A stretch of 64,000 nucleotides of DNA from Actinomycetota bacterium (GCA_041181125.1 JBEGQD010000070.1:3102-67101); one strand, 5' to 3'. Positions 1-12,600 are shown, counted from the stretch's first letter. The notes: generated by a model from the sequence alone, not told the origin. A program made the numbers and translations.

Positions 1-1
1 G

Positions 2-532
2 AAGCACATAATATTTAATCCAATGTATGGAATTCTAAATGGATTTGCAACGCAGATTTATCAAAAGTTCGGCGGAGATAGTGTTGTAGCAATTGATTTT
101 ATTTCTCAACATCCGTTAATAGCTATAGCAGTACCAATGATTTGGCAGTGGACACCATTTATGATGCTGATCATTTTGGCTGGCTTACAAAGCCAGGCAC
201 CAGACATACTAGAAGCTGCCGCTGTTGATGGCGCCGGTCCACGACAAATTTTTGCACGTATGACATTTCCTCATCTTCGACAGTACATTCAATTAGCAAT
301 TGTGCTTGGAACTATTTACATAGTTCAAAGTATGGACTTCGTATTTACAATCACCCAAGGTGGCCCAGGAACTGATTCAACAATAATTCCCTATCAAATT
401 TACTTAACTATGTTTAGAAAATATGAATACGGAGAGGCAGCAGCAGCAGGAGTAATCGTAATCATTCTTACAATAATTCTCTCCAACTTTGCGCTCCGTT
501 TAACCCGCGACTTATTGGAATCAGAAAAATGA
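2..532 (+). CDS. Carbohydrate (polyol, sorbitol/mannitol-type) ABC transporter permease, 5'-truncated by the window edge
   Basis: The frame is open from position 2 (KHIIFNPMYG...). EAA loop (LEAAAVDGA), WQWTPFMM and TQGGPG motifs of CUT1 permeases. Confidence 0.85.
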   Translation, partial: KHIIFNPMYGILNGFATQIYQKFGGDSVVAIDFISQHPLIAIAVPMIWQWTPFMMLIILAGLQSQAPDILEAAAVDGAGPRQIFARMTFPHLRQYIQLAIVLGTIYIVQSMDFVFTITQGGPGTDSTIIPYQIYLTMFRKYEYGEAAAAGVIVIILTIILSNFALRLTRDLLESEK

Positions 533-1377
533 GTAAATTGAAATCAACTAAGATTTTGCGACAGGGCACGCCAGCTGGCCGCTTTTCACTCACGGCTTTA
601 ACCTGGTTTTTAGGATTGCTGTTTTTCTTTCCAATTTTTTGGATCCTGCTTATTTCATTTCGCCAAGAGGTAGATGCCGGTACCTTCCCGCCGAAATGGC
701 TTGCGCCATTTTCAATCGAAAACTATGGAGAGGTATTTAAAGCTGGCGCTAAAAGCTTCTTACTTAACTCAACTATTGCTTCGGTAGGTTCAACAATTAT
801 TGTTTTATTCTTGGCATATCCGGCCGCTTATGCGCTATCAATTAAGCCAGTTTATAGAAGTAAAGATGTACTCTCATTCTTTCTTTCTACAAAGTTTTTA
901 CCTCCAATCGCAGCGTTACTACCTCTATATTTAATACTACAAAAACTACAGTTATTAGATAACATTTTTGCACTTACAATTCTTTATGTGGCTATGAACT
1001 TACCACTTGCAGTTTGGATGTTACGTTCATTTTTAAAGGAAATTCCCAAAGAGTTAGTTGAAGCAGCAGAACTTGATGGTGCATCTACTCCGAAGATTCT
1101 TTATAAGGTGTTAGCACCTATTTCTATGCCCGGAATAGCAGCTACAGCTTTGATTTGCTTTATTTTTACCTGGAATGAATTCTTGCTTGCTATAAATGTA
1201 ACTGGGTTTGACGCTGCCACTGCACCGGTTTATCTAGTTAGTTTCGTAACAGCAGAAGGTTTGTTTTTTGCTCACTTAGCAGCAGTATCAATCATAGTTT
1301 CCCTTCCGGTAGTAATTGCAGGTTGGGCAGCACAGGACAAGCTTGTGCGCGGACTCTCGTTAGGGGCGGTTAAATAA
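529..1377 (+). CDS. Carbohydrate ABC transporter permease (MalG/SmoG-like)
   Basis: EAAELDGAS EAA motif, FTWNEFL, multiple TM helices; 4-bp overlap with the previous permease. Confidence 0.9.
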   Translation: MSKLKSTKILRQGTPAGRFSLTALTWFLGLLFFFPIFWILLISFRQEVDAGTFPPKWLAPFSIENYGEVFKAGAKSFLLNSTIASVGSTIIVLFLAYPAAYALSIKPVYRSKDVLSFFLSTKFLPPIAALLPLYLILQKLQLLDNIFALTILYVAMNLPLAVWMLRSFLKEIPKELVEAAELDGASTPKILYKVLAPISMPGIAATALICFIFTWNEFLLAINVTGFDAATAPVYLVSFVTAEGLFFAHLAAVSIIVSLPVVIAGWAAQDKLVRGLSLGAVK

Positions 1378-1378
1378 T

Positions 1379-2377
1379 ATGAAGGCAGCAATCATTACTG
1401 GCATTGGCCAGATCTCAGTTGAAACAGTTCCAGATCCAGTATGTGAAGACCGAGAGGTAATTATTGAGGTCGCCGCATCCGGAATTTGTGGCACCGACCT
1501 TCATATTCTTGAAGGTGAATTTGCGCCAAAGCTACCAATTATTCCTGGCCATGAATTTAGCGGAAAAATTATCGAAGTTGGCAAGAAGGTTACTGAGTAC
1601 AAAGTTGGCCAATTAGTTGCGGCTGATCCTTCGTTATTTTGTGGTGAGTGTTTTTACTGCAAGCGTGCTCGTGGAAATCTCTGCCTTAAGTGGAATGCAA
1701 TTGGTGTTACTAAGCCAGGAGGTGCTGCGCAGTTTGTAGCGGCTCCAGTAAAAAACTTATACCTACTACCACCTGAAATTGATGTTAAAGATGCTGGTCT
1801 TATCGAGCCACTCTCATGTGCTGTTAGAGGTTATGACGTACTGCCAAGAATTCCTGGCTCTAATTACCTCATCTACGGCTCCGGAACAATGGGATTAATG
1901 ATGATGGAGCTTGCTCGTCGCAATGGTGCGGCCACAGTCTCTATGGTTGATATAAATAAAGAGAGATTAGAGACGGCAAAAACATTAGGTATTACCCGTC
2001 TTGCCACTTCAGCTAATGAGTTTGAAACTGAGCATGGTTGGGATGTAGTAATTGATTGCACCGGTAATAAGGCTGCAATTCAAGATGCAATTGGTAGAAC
2101 GATGCCGGGTGGAACATTTTTGCAGTTTGGTGTGGCAAATTTGGGCACAAAGATTGAAATTGATCCATTTTGGATTTATAACAAGGAAATTACAATTGCT
2201 GGATCAATGGCGGTATTACAAAGCTTTGATCGAGCTGGTGATCTACTTGCATCTGGTGTGTTAAAACCTGATGTAATGATAAGCCACAGATTTGGATTAG
2301 ATGATTACATTAAAGCGGTTGATATGTTTAAGAACGGTATTGGCCGTAAAATGACAATAGAACCTAACAAACTTTAA
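1379..2377 (+). CDS. Zinc-dependent medium-chain alcohol/polyol dehydrogenase
   Basis: CGTD, GHEFSG, structural Zn CGECFYC..C, GSGTMG Rossmann motif; operonic with sugar ABC permeases. Confidence 0.85.
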   Translation: MKAAIITGIGQISVETVPDPVCEDREVIIEVAASGICGTDLHILEGEFAPKLPIIPGHEFSGKIIEVGKKVTEYKVGQLVAADPSLFCGECFYCKRARGNLCLKWNAIGVTKPGGAAQFVAAPVKNLYLLPPEIDVKDAGLIEPLSCAVRGYDVLPRIPGSNYLIYGSGTMGLMMMELARRNGAATVSMVDINKERLETAKTLGITRLATSANEFETEHGWDVVIDCTGNKAAIQDAIGRTMPGGTFLQFGVANLGTKIEIDPFWIYNKEITIAGSMAVLQSFDRAGDLLASGVLKPDVMISHRFGLDDYIKAVDMFKNGIGRKMTIEPNKL

Positions 2378-2384
2378 TTAATTA

Positions 2385-4043
2385 TTAATTAACCGGTCCC
2401 TTACCAATAGTAAGTGGCCGGCGGGTTTCGGCATAAAAATCATTTCCCTTATCATCAATGATTATAAATGCCGGAAAGTTTTCAACCTCTATTTTAAAAA
2501 CTGCCTCCATGCCAAGTTCGGCATAATCTAAAACTTCAACTTTTTTAATACAATCTTGGGCAAGACGGGCTGCTGGCCCACCGATAGATCCAAGATAAAA
2601 CCCACCATACTTTTTACAAGATTGGGCAACAGCAGATGATCTATTTCCCTTAGCTAGCATGATCATTGAGCCACCTGCTGCTTGGAACTGTTCAACATAT
2701 GAATCCATGCGACCAGCTGTAGTTGGTCCGAAAGATCCAGAGGCGTAACCGGCTGGAGTTTTAGCCGGACCTGCGTAATAAACCGCATGATCTTTTAAAT
2801 ACTGTGGCATTGGTTTTCCACTGTCGATCAACTCTTTTATCTTTGCATGAGCAAGGTCGCGAGCAACAACTAATGTGCCGGTAAGACTTACTCTAGTTTT
2901 TGCAGGATACTTTGAAAGTTGCGCCAGGATTTCTGCCATTGGTTTACTTAAATCAATCTTTACCTCATCTTGATCCAAATCTTGCGCAGTAGTTGCGGGT
3001 AAGAAATGTGCTGGCTCTGTCTCTAACTTTTCAATAAATACACCATTTTTTGTGATCTTAGCTTTTACCTGTCGATCAGCTGAACATGAGACTGCAATTG
3101 CAATTGGCAGAGAAGCGCCATGTCTTGGCAACCTAACAACTCGAACATCATGACAAAAATACTTTCCACCAAACTGTGCGCCAATTCCAATACTTTGAGT
3201 TAACTTTAGAATTTCTTTCTCAAGCTCTAAATCTCTAAATCCATGGCCAGTCTTAGCATCTCCTTTTGTTGGAAGTGAATCTAGATATTTAGTACTGGCA
3301 AGCTTTGCTGCTTTAACTGTGTACTCAGCGCTAGTGCCACCAATTACCACCACTAAGTGATAAGGCGGGCAAGCAGAGGTGCCAAGTGAGCGAAGCTTTT
3401 CGTCAAGCCAACTCATAAATGATTTTGGATTTAATACCGCTTTTGTTTCCTGATATAAAAATGATTTATTAGCACTTCCGCCACCTTTGGCAATAAATAA
3501 AAAGTTGTACTCATCAGCATGATCTGTATCTGAATAAATCTCAATCTGGGCTGGCAGATTATTACCGGTATTTTTCTCCTCCCAAGTAGTAACTGGTGCT
3601 AATTGAGAGTAGCGAAGATTTAATTGGGTAAACGCTTCATAAACTCCCTTTGAGATTGACAGTTCATCTTTTTCAGAGGTTAATACCTGCTGGCCTTTCT
3701 TGCCCATCACAATTACTGTGCCGGTGTCTTGGCACATTGGCAGTACACCACCTGCTGAGATGTTGGCATTCTTGAGTAGATCTAATGCCACAAAGCGATC
3801 ATTTGGTGAACTCTCTGGATCTTTTAAAATATTAGCTAACTGCTGCAGATGCTCTGCCCTTAAATAGTGAGAGATATCGTGGATGGCAACCTTTGTTAAG
3901 TTCTCAATCGCCACCGGTGTTACCGTTAAAAACTGCCGCCCCTCAGCGTTAAAAGTAGAGACACCCTCAGCGCTTAGTTGGCGATATTCGGTCTTATCTT
4001 CGCCAATCGGCAGCAGATCTTGATAGGAAAATTCCGGGGCCAT
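2385..4043 (-). CDS. fumA: Class I (Fe-S) fumarate hydratase
   Basis: [29 protein letters not shown] motifs; 552 aa. Confidence 0.92.
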   Translation of the reverse strand: MAPEFSYQDLLPIGEDKTEYRQLSAEGVSTFNAEGRQFLTVTPVAIENLTKVAIHDISHYLRAEHLQQLANILKDPESSPNDRFVALDLLKNANISAGGVLPMCQDTGTVIVMGKKGQQVLTSEKDELSISKGVYEAFTQLNLRYSQLAPVTTWEEKNTGNNLPAQIEIYSDTDHADEYNFLFIAKGGGSANKSFLYQETKAVLNPKSFMSWLDEKLRSLGTSACPPYHLVVVIGGTSAEYTVKAAKLASTKYLDSLPTKGDAKTGHGFRDLELEKEILKLTQSIGIGAQFGGKYFCHDVRVVRLPRHGASLPIAIAVSCSADRQVKAKITKNGVFIEKLETEPAHFLPATTAQDLDQDEVKIDLSKPMAEILAQLSKYPAKTRVSLTGTLVVARDLAHAKIKELIDSGKPMPQYLKDHAVYYAGPAKTPAGYASGSFGPTTAGRMDSYVEQFQAAGGSMIMLAKGNRSSAVAQSCKKYGGFYLGSIGGPAARLAQDCIKKVEVLDYAELGMEAVFKIEVENFPAFIIIDDKGNDFYAETRRPLTIGKGPVN

Positions 4044-4085
4044 GGGATAAATCTACCCACTTCATCGATCAATTAGGATGGGCAC

Positions 4086-5051
4086 ATGAGCGCGGTGAGT
4101 GAAAAACGGGTATTACTTGCAGCACCTCGTGGTTACTGCGCAGGTGTAGATCGCGCCGTTGTCACAGTTGAAAAAGCATTAGATCTATATGGTGCACCGG
4201 TATATGTCCGTAAGCAGATTGTTCATAACAAACATGTTGTAGCAACCCTGGAGGCAAGAGGGGCAATATTTGTTGATGAAACCGATGAGGTTCCTGAGGG
4301 TAAGTTAGTTGTTTTCTCAGCACATGGTGTTTCACCAACTGTTCATGCAAGCGCAGCAGCAAGAGGTTTAAAAACAATTGATGCCACTTGTCCATTAGTT
4401 ACAAAGGTTCATCATGAAGCTCGCAGGTTTGCATCTGATGATTACGATATTTTATTAGTAGGCCATGAAGGACATGAAGAGGTTGATGGCACAGCAGGTG
4501 AGGCACCAAATCATGTTCAGTTAGTTGATGGTATTGATAGTATTAAAAATATAAAGGTACGAGATGAGAATAAGGTTGCTTGGCTCTCTCAAACTACTTT
4601 AAGTGTTGATGAAACACTTGCTACAGTAGCTGAACTTCGTAAACGTTTTCCAAATTTAATTGATCCACCAAGTGATGATATTTGTTATGCAACTCAAAAT
4701 CGCCAGGTAGCAATTAAAGATATTGCGCCCAGAGCAGATTTAGTACTTATTGTTGGCTCAACTAACTCATCTAACTCAGTTCGCTTAGTTGAGGTTTCAC
4801 TTGAGTATGGCGCCAAAGCTGCATACCTAATTGATTACGCCGCTGAGGCAAAGGATGAGTGGTTAGTTGGCGTTAACACAATTGGGGTATCAAGTGGTGC
4901 GTCGGTACCAGAGATTTTAGTTAAGGATTTGCTCACCTGGCTTGCTGATCGTGGTTTTTCAAATGTTGAGGTAGTTACCGCAACTGAGGAACACCTTTTG
5001 TTCTCACTGCCACCTGAGCTTAGAAAAGATTTAAAAGCCGCCAGCAAGTGA
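4086..5051 (+). CDS. ispH: 4-hydroxy-3-methylbut-2-enyl diphosphate reductase
   Basis: [36 protein letters not shown]. Confidence 0.97.
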   Translation: MSAVSEKRVLLAAPRGYCAGVDRAVVTVEKALDLYGAPVYVRKQIVHNKHVVATLEARGAIFVDETDEVPEGKLVVFSAHGVSPTVHASAAARGLKTIDATCPLVTKVHHEARRFASDDYDILLVGHEGHEEVDGTAGEAPNHVQLVDGIDSIKNIKVRDENKVAWLSQTTLSVDETLATVAELRKRFPNLIDPPSDDICYATQNRQVAIKDIAPRADLVLIVGSTNSSNSVRLVEVSLEYGAKAAYLIDYAAEAKDEWLVGVNTIGVSSGASVPEILVKDLLTWLADRGFSNVEVVTATEEHLLFSLPPELRKDLKAASK

Positions 5052-5453
5052 GGTATTACCTTTATTGCGCTCTTTTCTATACCAAATAAACCAGGAAAAA
5101 CCAGCGCCGGTTAATAGATAAAAAGAGACAGAGGCAAGGCCTGCGACAAGATCAATTAAAAGTTTAGTTGGCGCAAAAGAGCCACCACCAACAGTTGGCA
5201 TCAAGATAATTGAGCAGATTAGTAGCGATATTGGTGGGGCAACCGCGGAGACGTAGGTGGTACCGGGTCTACCTAAATAAATAGCACCGAAAAATGAAAT
5301 CCAAATTGCTAGGCAGGTAATTATTCCAAGAGATGAGCGAAAGATTAGCTCAATAGCCTCCGCAAAAAATATGAGTAAAAATTGCAAAATCACTACCCCG
5401 GCTTTGGTTAAGCCAGGTCCTTTAATCGGACTATTAATTGGCAACTTACTCAT
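5031..5453 (-). CDS. Membrane protein (DUF6542-like), conserved between ispH and rmuC in actinobacteria
   Basis: Four hydrophobic segments, APP motif, syntenic position. Confidence 0.6.
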   Translation of the reverse strand: MSKLPINSPIKGPGLTKAGVVILQFLLIFFAEAIELIFRSSLGIITCLAIWISFFGAIYLGRPGTTYVSAVAPPISLLICSIILMPTVGGGSFAPTKLLIDLVAGLASVSFYLLTGAGFSWFIWYRKERNKGNTSLAGGF

Positions 5454-6597
5454 CTTTTCCGCTCTCTATTTCTTCAGCTTCAATAAAATCATCATCACCA
5501 GAGATACTTCTTAACTCTCTTACTGCGCCGGGAGATTCTGGATACTCAATTGCTAACTTTTCTTTATCACCAGTAACTCCTAGATTATGAATTCTTCTAG
5601 CAGGACTTAGTACAGTTTTTTCTGCTGTTGGGATTAAATCCTCATAAGCTTTAGCGGTAGAAGAGATTGCTTTACCAACCGCCACAATCTTGCCATGCAA
5701 AAGTGTGATGTTTTTTAAGAATGTATTTGCTACTTTTTGAATCTCATCAGCGTTATCAGCTAACTTATTACGAGTAAATATGTAACCAATTGTTCGAAGC
5801 AGAGCCATCATTGAAGTTGGGGTGGCAACTGTGACATTTAACTTGAAGGCCTTTTCTAGAAAAGCTGGATCTATTCGCAGCGCCTCAGCAAGTAAAGTTT
5901 CAAACGGGACAAATAAAACAACAAAATCTGGTGAACCAGCTGATTTATGGTAACCACGCTTGGCAAGGGCCTCCACATGCTTTAGTAAATCCTTGCTATG
6001 TTGTAGCAAGTAATCATCTCGCTCATTTTGATCTTGAGTACCAAATGCATCTAGAAAGCGATCAAATGGAAATTTTGAATCAATAAAAATTGCACTGCCA
6101 CCAGGCATCTTTACGGTGATGTCCGGAATTCCAGATGAGTCAGTATCGGTAGTTGATTTCTGCCGGCTGTACTCCTGCCCTTCGCGAAGTCCGGCTGATT
6201 GCAGGAGTAGCTCAAGCTGAGCTTCACCAAACTTTCCTCTAGCTTGGCTATTTGAAAGTGCACCAGCAATTTTCTTTGTTTCATCAAAGATAGATTCACT
6301 TGCCCTGCGCATCTCATTAATTGTGGTCTCAAGCTTTGCCTCGGCCTCAGTGCGAATACGGTTTGCTTCATTAGATTGAAGAGATAACTTTTCAACAGTT
6401 GATTTCATAGCATTTAGCTCTGCCGTTAACTTGATTGAGTTTTCCGTCTTAGCTCGCTCATCTGCCAACTGTTTTTTATAATCATTAAGCAGGGCCAAGT
6501 CACCACCGGAGGATTTATTGCGCAACTTCGCTACTAGGTAGCCAATGGCAATACCTGCGGCAATTCCTATTATTAAGGTCAGGATCGAGGCGGGCAT
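5446..6597 (-). CDS. rmuC: DNA recombination protein RmuC
   Basis: N-terminal TM, coiled coil, RGKFGEAQL, PD...IDSKFP nuclease-like motif, SPDFVVLF. Confidence 0.92.
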   Translation of the reverse strand: MPASILTLIIGIAAGIAIGYLVAKLRNKSSGGDLALLNDYKKQLADERAKTENSIKLTAELNAMKSTVEKLSLQSNEANRIRTEAEAKLETTINEMRRASESIFDETKKIAGALSNSQARGKFGEAQLELLLQSAGLREGQEYSRQKSTTDTDSSGIPDITVKMPGGSAIFIDSKFPFDRFLDAFGTQDQNERDDYLLQHSKDLLKHVEALAKRGYHKSAGSPDFVVLFVPFETLLAEALRIDPAFLEKAFKLNVTVATPTSMMALLRTIGYIFTRNKLADNADEIQKVANTFLKNITLLHGKIVAVGKAISSTAKAYEDLIPTAEKTVLSPARRIHNLGVTGDKEKLAIEYPESPGAVRELRSISGDDDFIEAEEIESGKDE

Positions 6598-6626
6598 GGG
6601 GTTATAGTGGCATTAACTGCTGACAA
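6598..6626 (-). promoter_or_regulatory. RecA-NDp/PafBC-type DNA-damage promoter, leaderless rmuC
   Basis: The minus strand reads TTGTCAG-N10-CACTAT-N6-ATG. Confidence 0.6.
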
Positions 6627-6648
6627 TCTTGCGTAGGCTTTACCCCTC

Positions 6649-7722
6649 GTGAGCCTTTCAATCGGAATCGTCGGTCTGCCAAATGTGGGTAAATCCACCC
6701 TATTTAACGCCCTGACTAAAAACAATGTTCTAGCTGCCAACTACCCCTTTGCCACCATTGAACCCAATGTTGGCGTGGTGGGAGTTCCAGATGATCGCCT
6801 GCCAGTACTTGCAAAAATATTTAACTCAGAAAAAATCTTGCCAGCATCTGTCTCCTTTGTTGATATCGCCGGCATTGTTAAAGGAGCCTCTGAAGGTGCT
6901 GGTCTGGGTAATAAGTTCTTGGCAAATATTCGAGAAAGTGATGCGATCTGCCAAGTAATTAGAGTCTTCAAAGATGGTGATGTTGTCCATGTTGATGGCA
7001 ACGTTGATCCCAAAAAAGATATGGAGACAATTAATACCGAGTTATGTCTGGCTGATCTACAAACTTTGGAAAAAGCTATTCCGCGCCTTGAAAAAGAGGT
7101 GCGCACAGTCAAAGAAAAGCAACCAGTTTTAAATGCTGCTAAAGAAGCATCTGAAATTTTAAATAAAGGTCAATTACTTCGTGGAAGTAATGTTGATATC
7201 ACAGCAATTGCAGAGCTGCAGCTACTAACTGCTAAACCATTTTTATATGTATTTAATGTTGATGCTGCTGAGTTATCAGATAATAAGTTAAGAGATGAGT
7301 TAGCTGCACTGGTAAAACCGGCGGAGGCCATATTTCTAGATGCCAAAACCGAGGCGGAATTAGCTGATTTAGATGAGGCAGATGCGCTGGAGTTACTGAA
7401 ATCAATCGGTTTATCAGAGCCAGGACTGACCACATTAGCAAGAGTTGGATTTAATACATTAGGATTGCAGACATATCTGACCGCTGGCCCTAAAGAGAGT
7501 CGAGCGTGGACGATTCACAAAGGTGATACCGCACCAGCTGCTGCTGGTGTTATTCACACAGATTTTCAAAAGGGTTTTATAAAGGCTGAGGTTGTGGCCT
7601 TTGATGATTTGGTTGCTGCTGGATCAATGGTGCAAGCCCGCGCCAATGGCAAGGTGCGAATGGAAGGTAAGGATTACGTGATGGCTGATGGCGATGTAGT
7701 GGAGTTTAGGTTCAATGTCTAA
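6649..7722 (+). CDS. ychF: Redox-regulated ATPase YchF
   Basis: [23 protein letters not shown]-terminal TGS domain. Confidence 0.97.
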   Translation: MSLSIGIVGLPNVGKSTLFNALTKNNVLAANYPFATIEPNVGVVGVPDDRLPVLAKIFNSEKILPASVSFVDIAGIVKGASEGAGLGNKFLANIRESDAICQVIRVFKDGDVVHVDGNVDPKKDMETINTELCLADLQTLEKAIPRLEKEVRTVKEKQPVLNAAKEASEILNKGQLLRGSNVDITAIAELQLLTAKPFLYVFNVDAAELSDNKLRDELAALVKPAEAIFLDAKTEAELADLDEADALELLKSIGLSEPGLTTLARVGFNTLGLQTYLTAGPKESRAWTIHKGDTAPAAAGVIHTDFQKGFIKAEVVAFDDLVAAGSMVQARANGKVRMEGKDYVMADGDVVEFRFNV

Positions 7723-9613
7723 AAAACAAGCACACTTAAAAGATCTGCCAGTTAAAAAACGGGAGAACCTTAGAAACGTAGCAATTATTGCTCACGTAGA
7801 CCATGGCAAGACCACATTGGTAGATGCCATGCTCTGGCAATCTGGCGCATTTGCTGCGCACAAAAAACAAGATGAAGGCCAGGATCGAATGATGGATTCG
7901 ATGGATCTTGAGCGCGAAAAAGGAATTACGATTTTGGCGAAAAATACTGCGGTAAAACGTGGCGATACGATTGTAAATATTATTGATACTCCCGGCCATG
8001 CTGATTTTGGTGGCGAGGTAGAGCGTGGTTTAGAAATGGTAGATGGCGTTATTTTGTTAGTAGATGCCTCCGAAGGTCCACTGCCACAAACTCGATTCGT
8101 ACTTCGCAAAGCGCTACAAAAAAATCTGCCAGTTATTTTGTTAATTAATAAAGTTGACCGACCAGATTCACGTATTGCCGAGGTTGTTGATGAGGCGTAT
8201 GCATTATTTTTAGATTTAGATGCAAATGAGGATCAGATTGAGTTCCCAATTGTTTACGCATCAGCTAAAGCAGGTCGAGCATCTCTGACTAGACCTGCAG
8301 ATGGTGGCATGCCAGATAAAGAAAACCTAGATGTTTTATTTGACACAATATTTTCAGCAATTCCAGCACCTGAGTACCACGAGGGTGCACCTCTACAAGC
8401 ACATGTGACAAACCTCGACTCTTCCCCTTTCTTAGGCCGACTTGCACTTTGTCGCGTTCGCGAAGGTGTTATTAAGAAGGGCCAATCAGTTACCTGGATT
8501 AAAACCGATGGTTCAACTGAGAGAGTTAAAGTCTCTGAACTTTTAATTACCGAAGCATTAGAGCGAGTTCCAGCACTTGAAGCTCATCCTGGCGACATCA
8601 TTGCAGTTGCCGGTATTGAAACAATTACCTTAGGTGAAACTCTCGCTGATTTAGAGAACGCTCATGCCTTGCCATTAATTACCGTAGACGAGCCAAGTAT
8701 TTCCATGACTATTGGTATTAACACATCACCTCTTGCTGGCAAGAGTGGAAATAAGTTAACTGCCCGCCAGGTTAAGAATCGATTGGATTCTGAATTAGTT
8801 GGAAATGTTTCACTCAGAGTTTTAAACACCGATCGCCCAGATACCTGGGAGGTGCAGGGCAGAGGTGAGTTACAACTTGCTGTCTTGGTAGAAATTATGA
8901 AGCGTGAAGGATTTGAATTAACAGTTGGTAAGCCACAAGTGGTTACCAAAATGGTTGATGGCAAATTACATGAGCCGATGGAGCGCTTATCCATTGATGC
9001 TCCTGAGGAGTACTTAGGTGTTATTACGCAGTTAATGGCGCTTCGCAAGGGCCGGATGGAGCAGATGGTCAACCATGGCACTAGTTGGATTCGCCTTGAT
9101 TACCGAGTTCCTTCTCGTGGCTTAATTGGTTTTAGAACAGAGTTTTTAACTGAGACTAGAGGAACTGGATTACTCCACCATGTATTTGATGGTTATGAAG
9201 CATGGCATGGTGAGCTTCGTACTAGATCTACCGGATCACTAGTTTCAGATCGACTTGGCACAGTAACTAGCTACGCACTTTATGGCACCCAAGATCGCGG
9301 TTCAATATTTGTTGAGCCAGGGGATGAGGTTTATGAAGGAATGGTAATTGGTGAAAACTCACGCAGTGAGGATATGGATGTTAACTGCGTTAGAGAGAAG
9401 AAGCTAACAAATATGCGAGCATCTGGAACTGATGAATCTGAGCGGTTAATTCCAGCAAAGAAATTAAATATGGAGGGCGCCCTTGAGTTTTGCCGAGAGG
9501 ATGAGTGCGTTGAGGTGACACCTGCGGTAGTTCGAATTCGCAAGGTTATTTTAGATGGCTCAACCCGCGCTCGCCTAACCTCTAAAAATAAGCGAGCAAA
9601 CGAGAACGTCTAG
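7715..9613 (+). CDS. typA: Translational GTPase TypA/BipA
   Basis: AHVDHGKTT, EKGITILAK, DTPGHADFGGEVER, NKVD, BipA C-terminal KKLTNMRASG. Confidence 0.97.
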   Translation: MSKKQAHLKDLPVKKRENLRNVAIIAHVDHGKTTLVDAMLWQSGAFAAHKKQDEGQDRMMDSMDLEREKGITILAKNTAVKRGDTIVNIIDTPGHADFGGEVERGLEMVDGVILLVDASEGPLPQTRFVLRKALQKNLPVILLINKVDRPDSRIAEVVDEAYALFLDLDANEDQIEFPIVYASAKAGRASLTRPADGGMPDKENLDVLFDTIFSAIPAPEYHEGAPLQAHVTNLDSSPFLGRLALCRVREGVIKKGQSVTWIKTDGSTERVKVSELLITEALERVPALEAHPGDIIAVAGIETITLGETLADLENAHALPLITVDEPSISMTIGINTSPLAGKSGNKLTARQVKNRLDSELVGNVSLRVLNTDRPDTWEVQGRGELQLAVLVEIMKREGFELTVGKPQVVTKMVDGKLHEPMERLSIDAPEEYLGVITQLMALRKGRMEQMVNHGTSWIRLDYRVPSRGLIGFRTEFLTETRGTGLLHHVFDGYEAWHGELRTRSTGSLVSDRLGTVTSYALYGTQDRGSIFVEPGDEVYEGMVIGENSRSEDMDVNCVREKKLTNMRASGTDESERLIPAKKLNMEGALEFCREDECVEVTPAVVRIRKVILDGSTRARLTSKNKRANENV

Positions 9614-9636
9614 TCTATTTGGGTCATAGCCCTTAA

Positions 9637-9664
9637 TGTCAGCGCGCTCGCGTTAAATTAAGCC
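9637..9664 (+). promoter_or_regulatory. RecA-NDp/PafBC-type promoter, leaderless adnA
   Basis: TGTCAG lies 22 nt before the GTG start, with TTAAAT/TAAATT at the -10 position; same geometry as at rmuC. Confidence 0.55.
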
Positions 9665-12600
9665 GTGGCCAGCACTAAAAATACTCCGACGCTAAATCTT
9701 GTCCGAGCGCCATTAAGTAATGAGTTGATTGATAAATCACAATTAAATGAGCAACAAAATCAAGTAGTTAATCACCGTGGTAGCCCATTACTTGTTTTAG
9801 GTGCAGCCGGCAGTGGAAAAACAACCACATTAATAAGTGCGGTTTCAAACAGAATCAATCAAGGTGAAGATCCAAATTCAATATTAGTAATCACCTATGG
9901 CCGCCATAGTGCAAGCAAACTTCGAGATCAGATTGCTTCAGCAAATCCATTAAGCCATACTGTTAGTGAGCCAATTGCTAGAACATTTCATTCGATAGCC
10001 TTTTTAATTTTAAATGATCAACTTGCAAGTAATGGCTCTGATGAGAAGAAATATATTTTGTTATCTGGTGCTGAGCAAGATGCACAGATAAGGGAGCTAC
10101 TAGCAATAGACGCAGCAAACCCAGCCTTAACTTTATGGCCAAAAGAATTGATTCCAGCTTTAACAACTAGGGGCTTTGCTAAAGAGTTGCGAGATTTTAT
10201 TGGTAGAGCAACAGAGCGGGGAACATCACCTGAGGAGTTAGTTAAGTATGCAGATAAGTATGGTCAAAAATATTGGCCCGCAATCTGCCAGTTTTGGCAA
10301 AGATATCGCCAATCACTTGCCCTTCGGGATGTTAGTACCTCTGCCTCTCTTAACCGAATTGATCCAAGTGAAATTATTATTGCTGCAGCTGAAAAATTAG
10401 AGAGTAGTCCAAATCTTCTTAATAAGTATCGCAAGTTATTCCAAGCAATTTATGTTGATGAGTTTCAAGAGTCAGATAGAGGTCAACGTCAATTACTAAC
10501 ATTGCTAAGCGGGGACGAGTTAGTTATTTTTGCCGATCCACAATCTGCGGTCGGTAGATTTCGAGGAGCAGATCCAGAAAACTTACTAACCGATTTAGAG
10601 CAATCTGGCATTAAAAACATAATCAAACTACCAAGCAGCTTTAGAAAAATTCAAGATCAACGAGTTGCAATGTTAAGTAGTGTAAGTGATGAAGCAAATT
10701 ACATCGCCCATCAATTCAGATCCGCTCACCTAAGACAGGGCGTGCGGTGGTCTGAAATGGCGGTAATTCTTAGATCACCGGGGGCTCAAGTTGCTGCCCT
10801 GCAACGAGCTTTTGCAATGAATGGTATTCCAGTAGAAATAGATGCAATTGCGCTCTCTCTTGCTGATAACCCAGCAATTAAACCAATTATTACCCTGGCA
10901 CAAATAGCTATTGGGCAGGTGAAGTTAATTCCAAGCAACTGGGATCAGATTGAAGAGTTGCTTAAGAGTGAGTTTGCTGGAGCTGATGCAATTTCAATTC
11001 GGCAGATGCGAATTTCCTTAAGTAAGGAACAAAAAGGTGATTTAACAAAGAGTTCAACTGAGTTGATACTAGATGCACTAACCGCTCCGGCTGTTGATTT
11101 GCCTTGGGAGCAATTGATGCCGCTTAAGCGGATTAATGATTTACTAAAAGAGGCAAAAAAAGCATTAAGTAGGTCGCAAGATATCTCCGATTTGCTTTGG
11201 AGCATTTGGAGTAATGCCAAAAATTATGAAGGTGAATTGATATCTTTATCTTGGCAACAACAAGCGCTAGCAGGTGGAAATCGAGGCGCGGTAGCAGATC
11301 AAAACCTTGATGCCTTAATTACTTTATTTGAGGTTGCTCGCCGATTTAGTGAACGGCTACCTGGTGCTAAAGCTGGATTATTTATCGATCAATTACTAGG
11401 TGAAAAGATTTTATCCGACAGTATTTCAGCATCAGCTCAACGTGGTGAGGTGGTGCAGGTAATGACTGTGCACTCAGCTAAAGGTTTACAGTGGCGTTAT
11501 GTGGCACTTGCTGGCATGCAGGAGGGAAGTTGGCCAAACTTAAAACAACGTGGCTCTCTCCTTGGTAGTGAGAGATTAGTTGAGATATTTCGTCATGGCA
11601 TAAGTAATCCAGCGCAATTAGATGCGATCTCAGCCTCTGGCCTTTCCGAGGATGAAAAACGGCTGTTAAATGTGGCAACCACAAGAGCAACTGAAAAATT
11701 AATTATTACAGCAGTTTCGCAAGAGGATAATCAGCCATCTAGTTACTTTGAAAAGTTTGCACCTGACCAGATAGAGGTAACACAAACTGCAAGAGCCATT
11801 ACTCAACCTGCTTTAGTTGCCGACTTACGAAGGTTAGCTAGTAAAGCAAGCAATAAGGAAGAGGTGATATTTGCCCATAGAATGCTTAAAACCCTTGCGG
11901 TAAATGGCGTGCAGCGAGCAGAACCAAAAAATTGGGTTGGTTTCTTACCGATTTCAACTGATCTACCAGTAATTAAAAGTGACGAAATATTAAGAATCTC
12001 ACCAAGCTCACTTGAATCATTTACCGAGTGCTCACTTAAGTGGTTACTTGAGCAAAGTGGCGGCAAAGATGCTGATTCAACCGCGCAAGTTTTAGGAACT
12101 GCAATCCATGTGATTGCTGCCCAATTACTCGAGCAACCTTCTCTTTCTCGTGCGCAATTAGAGGATAAATTAAAAGGGGCATGGTCGTTAATTGATATGA
12201 ATAAGGGGTGGATTAAAGATTATGAGTATCGCCGGGCGGCTGCCATGCTTGAAAAATTTTATAGTTGGAATTTAAAGAATAAGAACTCATTAGTCGGCGT
12301 GGAAGAAAAGTTTGAGTTCAAATTAGGAAGCGCTGTGGTGTCAGGTTCAATTGACCGAATTGAGTTAACTGCTGAGAATAAGTATTACATTGTTGATTTA
12401 AAAACGGGTGCAACTGCCATCTCATATGACAAGGCGCTTGAAAACAAACAATTACAGAGTTATCAATTAGCGGTAGTAAATGATGGATTTAAAGAAAAGT
12501 TAGAGCACCAAGAGGTGGCTGGTGCCGAGTTGGTTTTTGTTGGCGACCATAAAGCAAAGGATGCTAAACCTCGCCCGCAAGAAGCGGTCAAGGTAGATGA

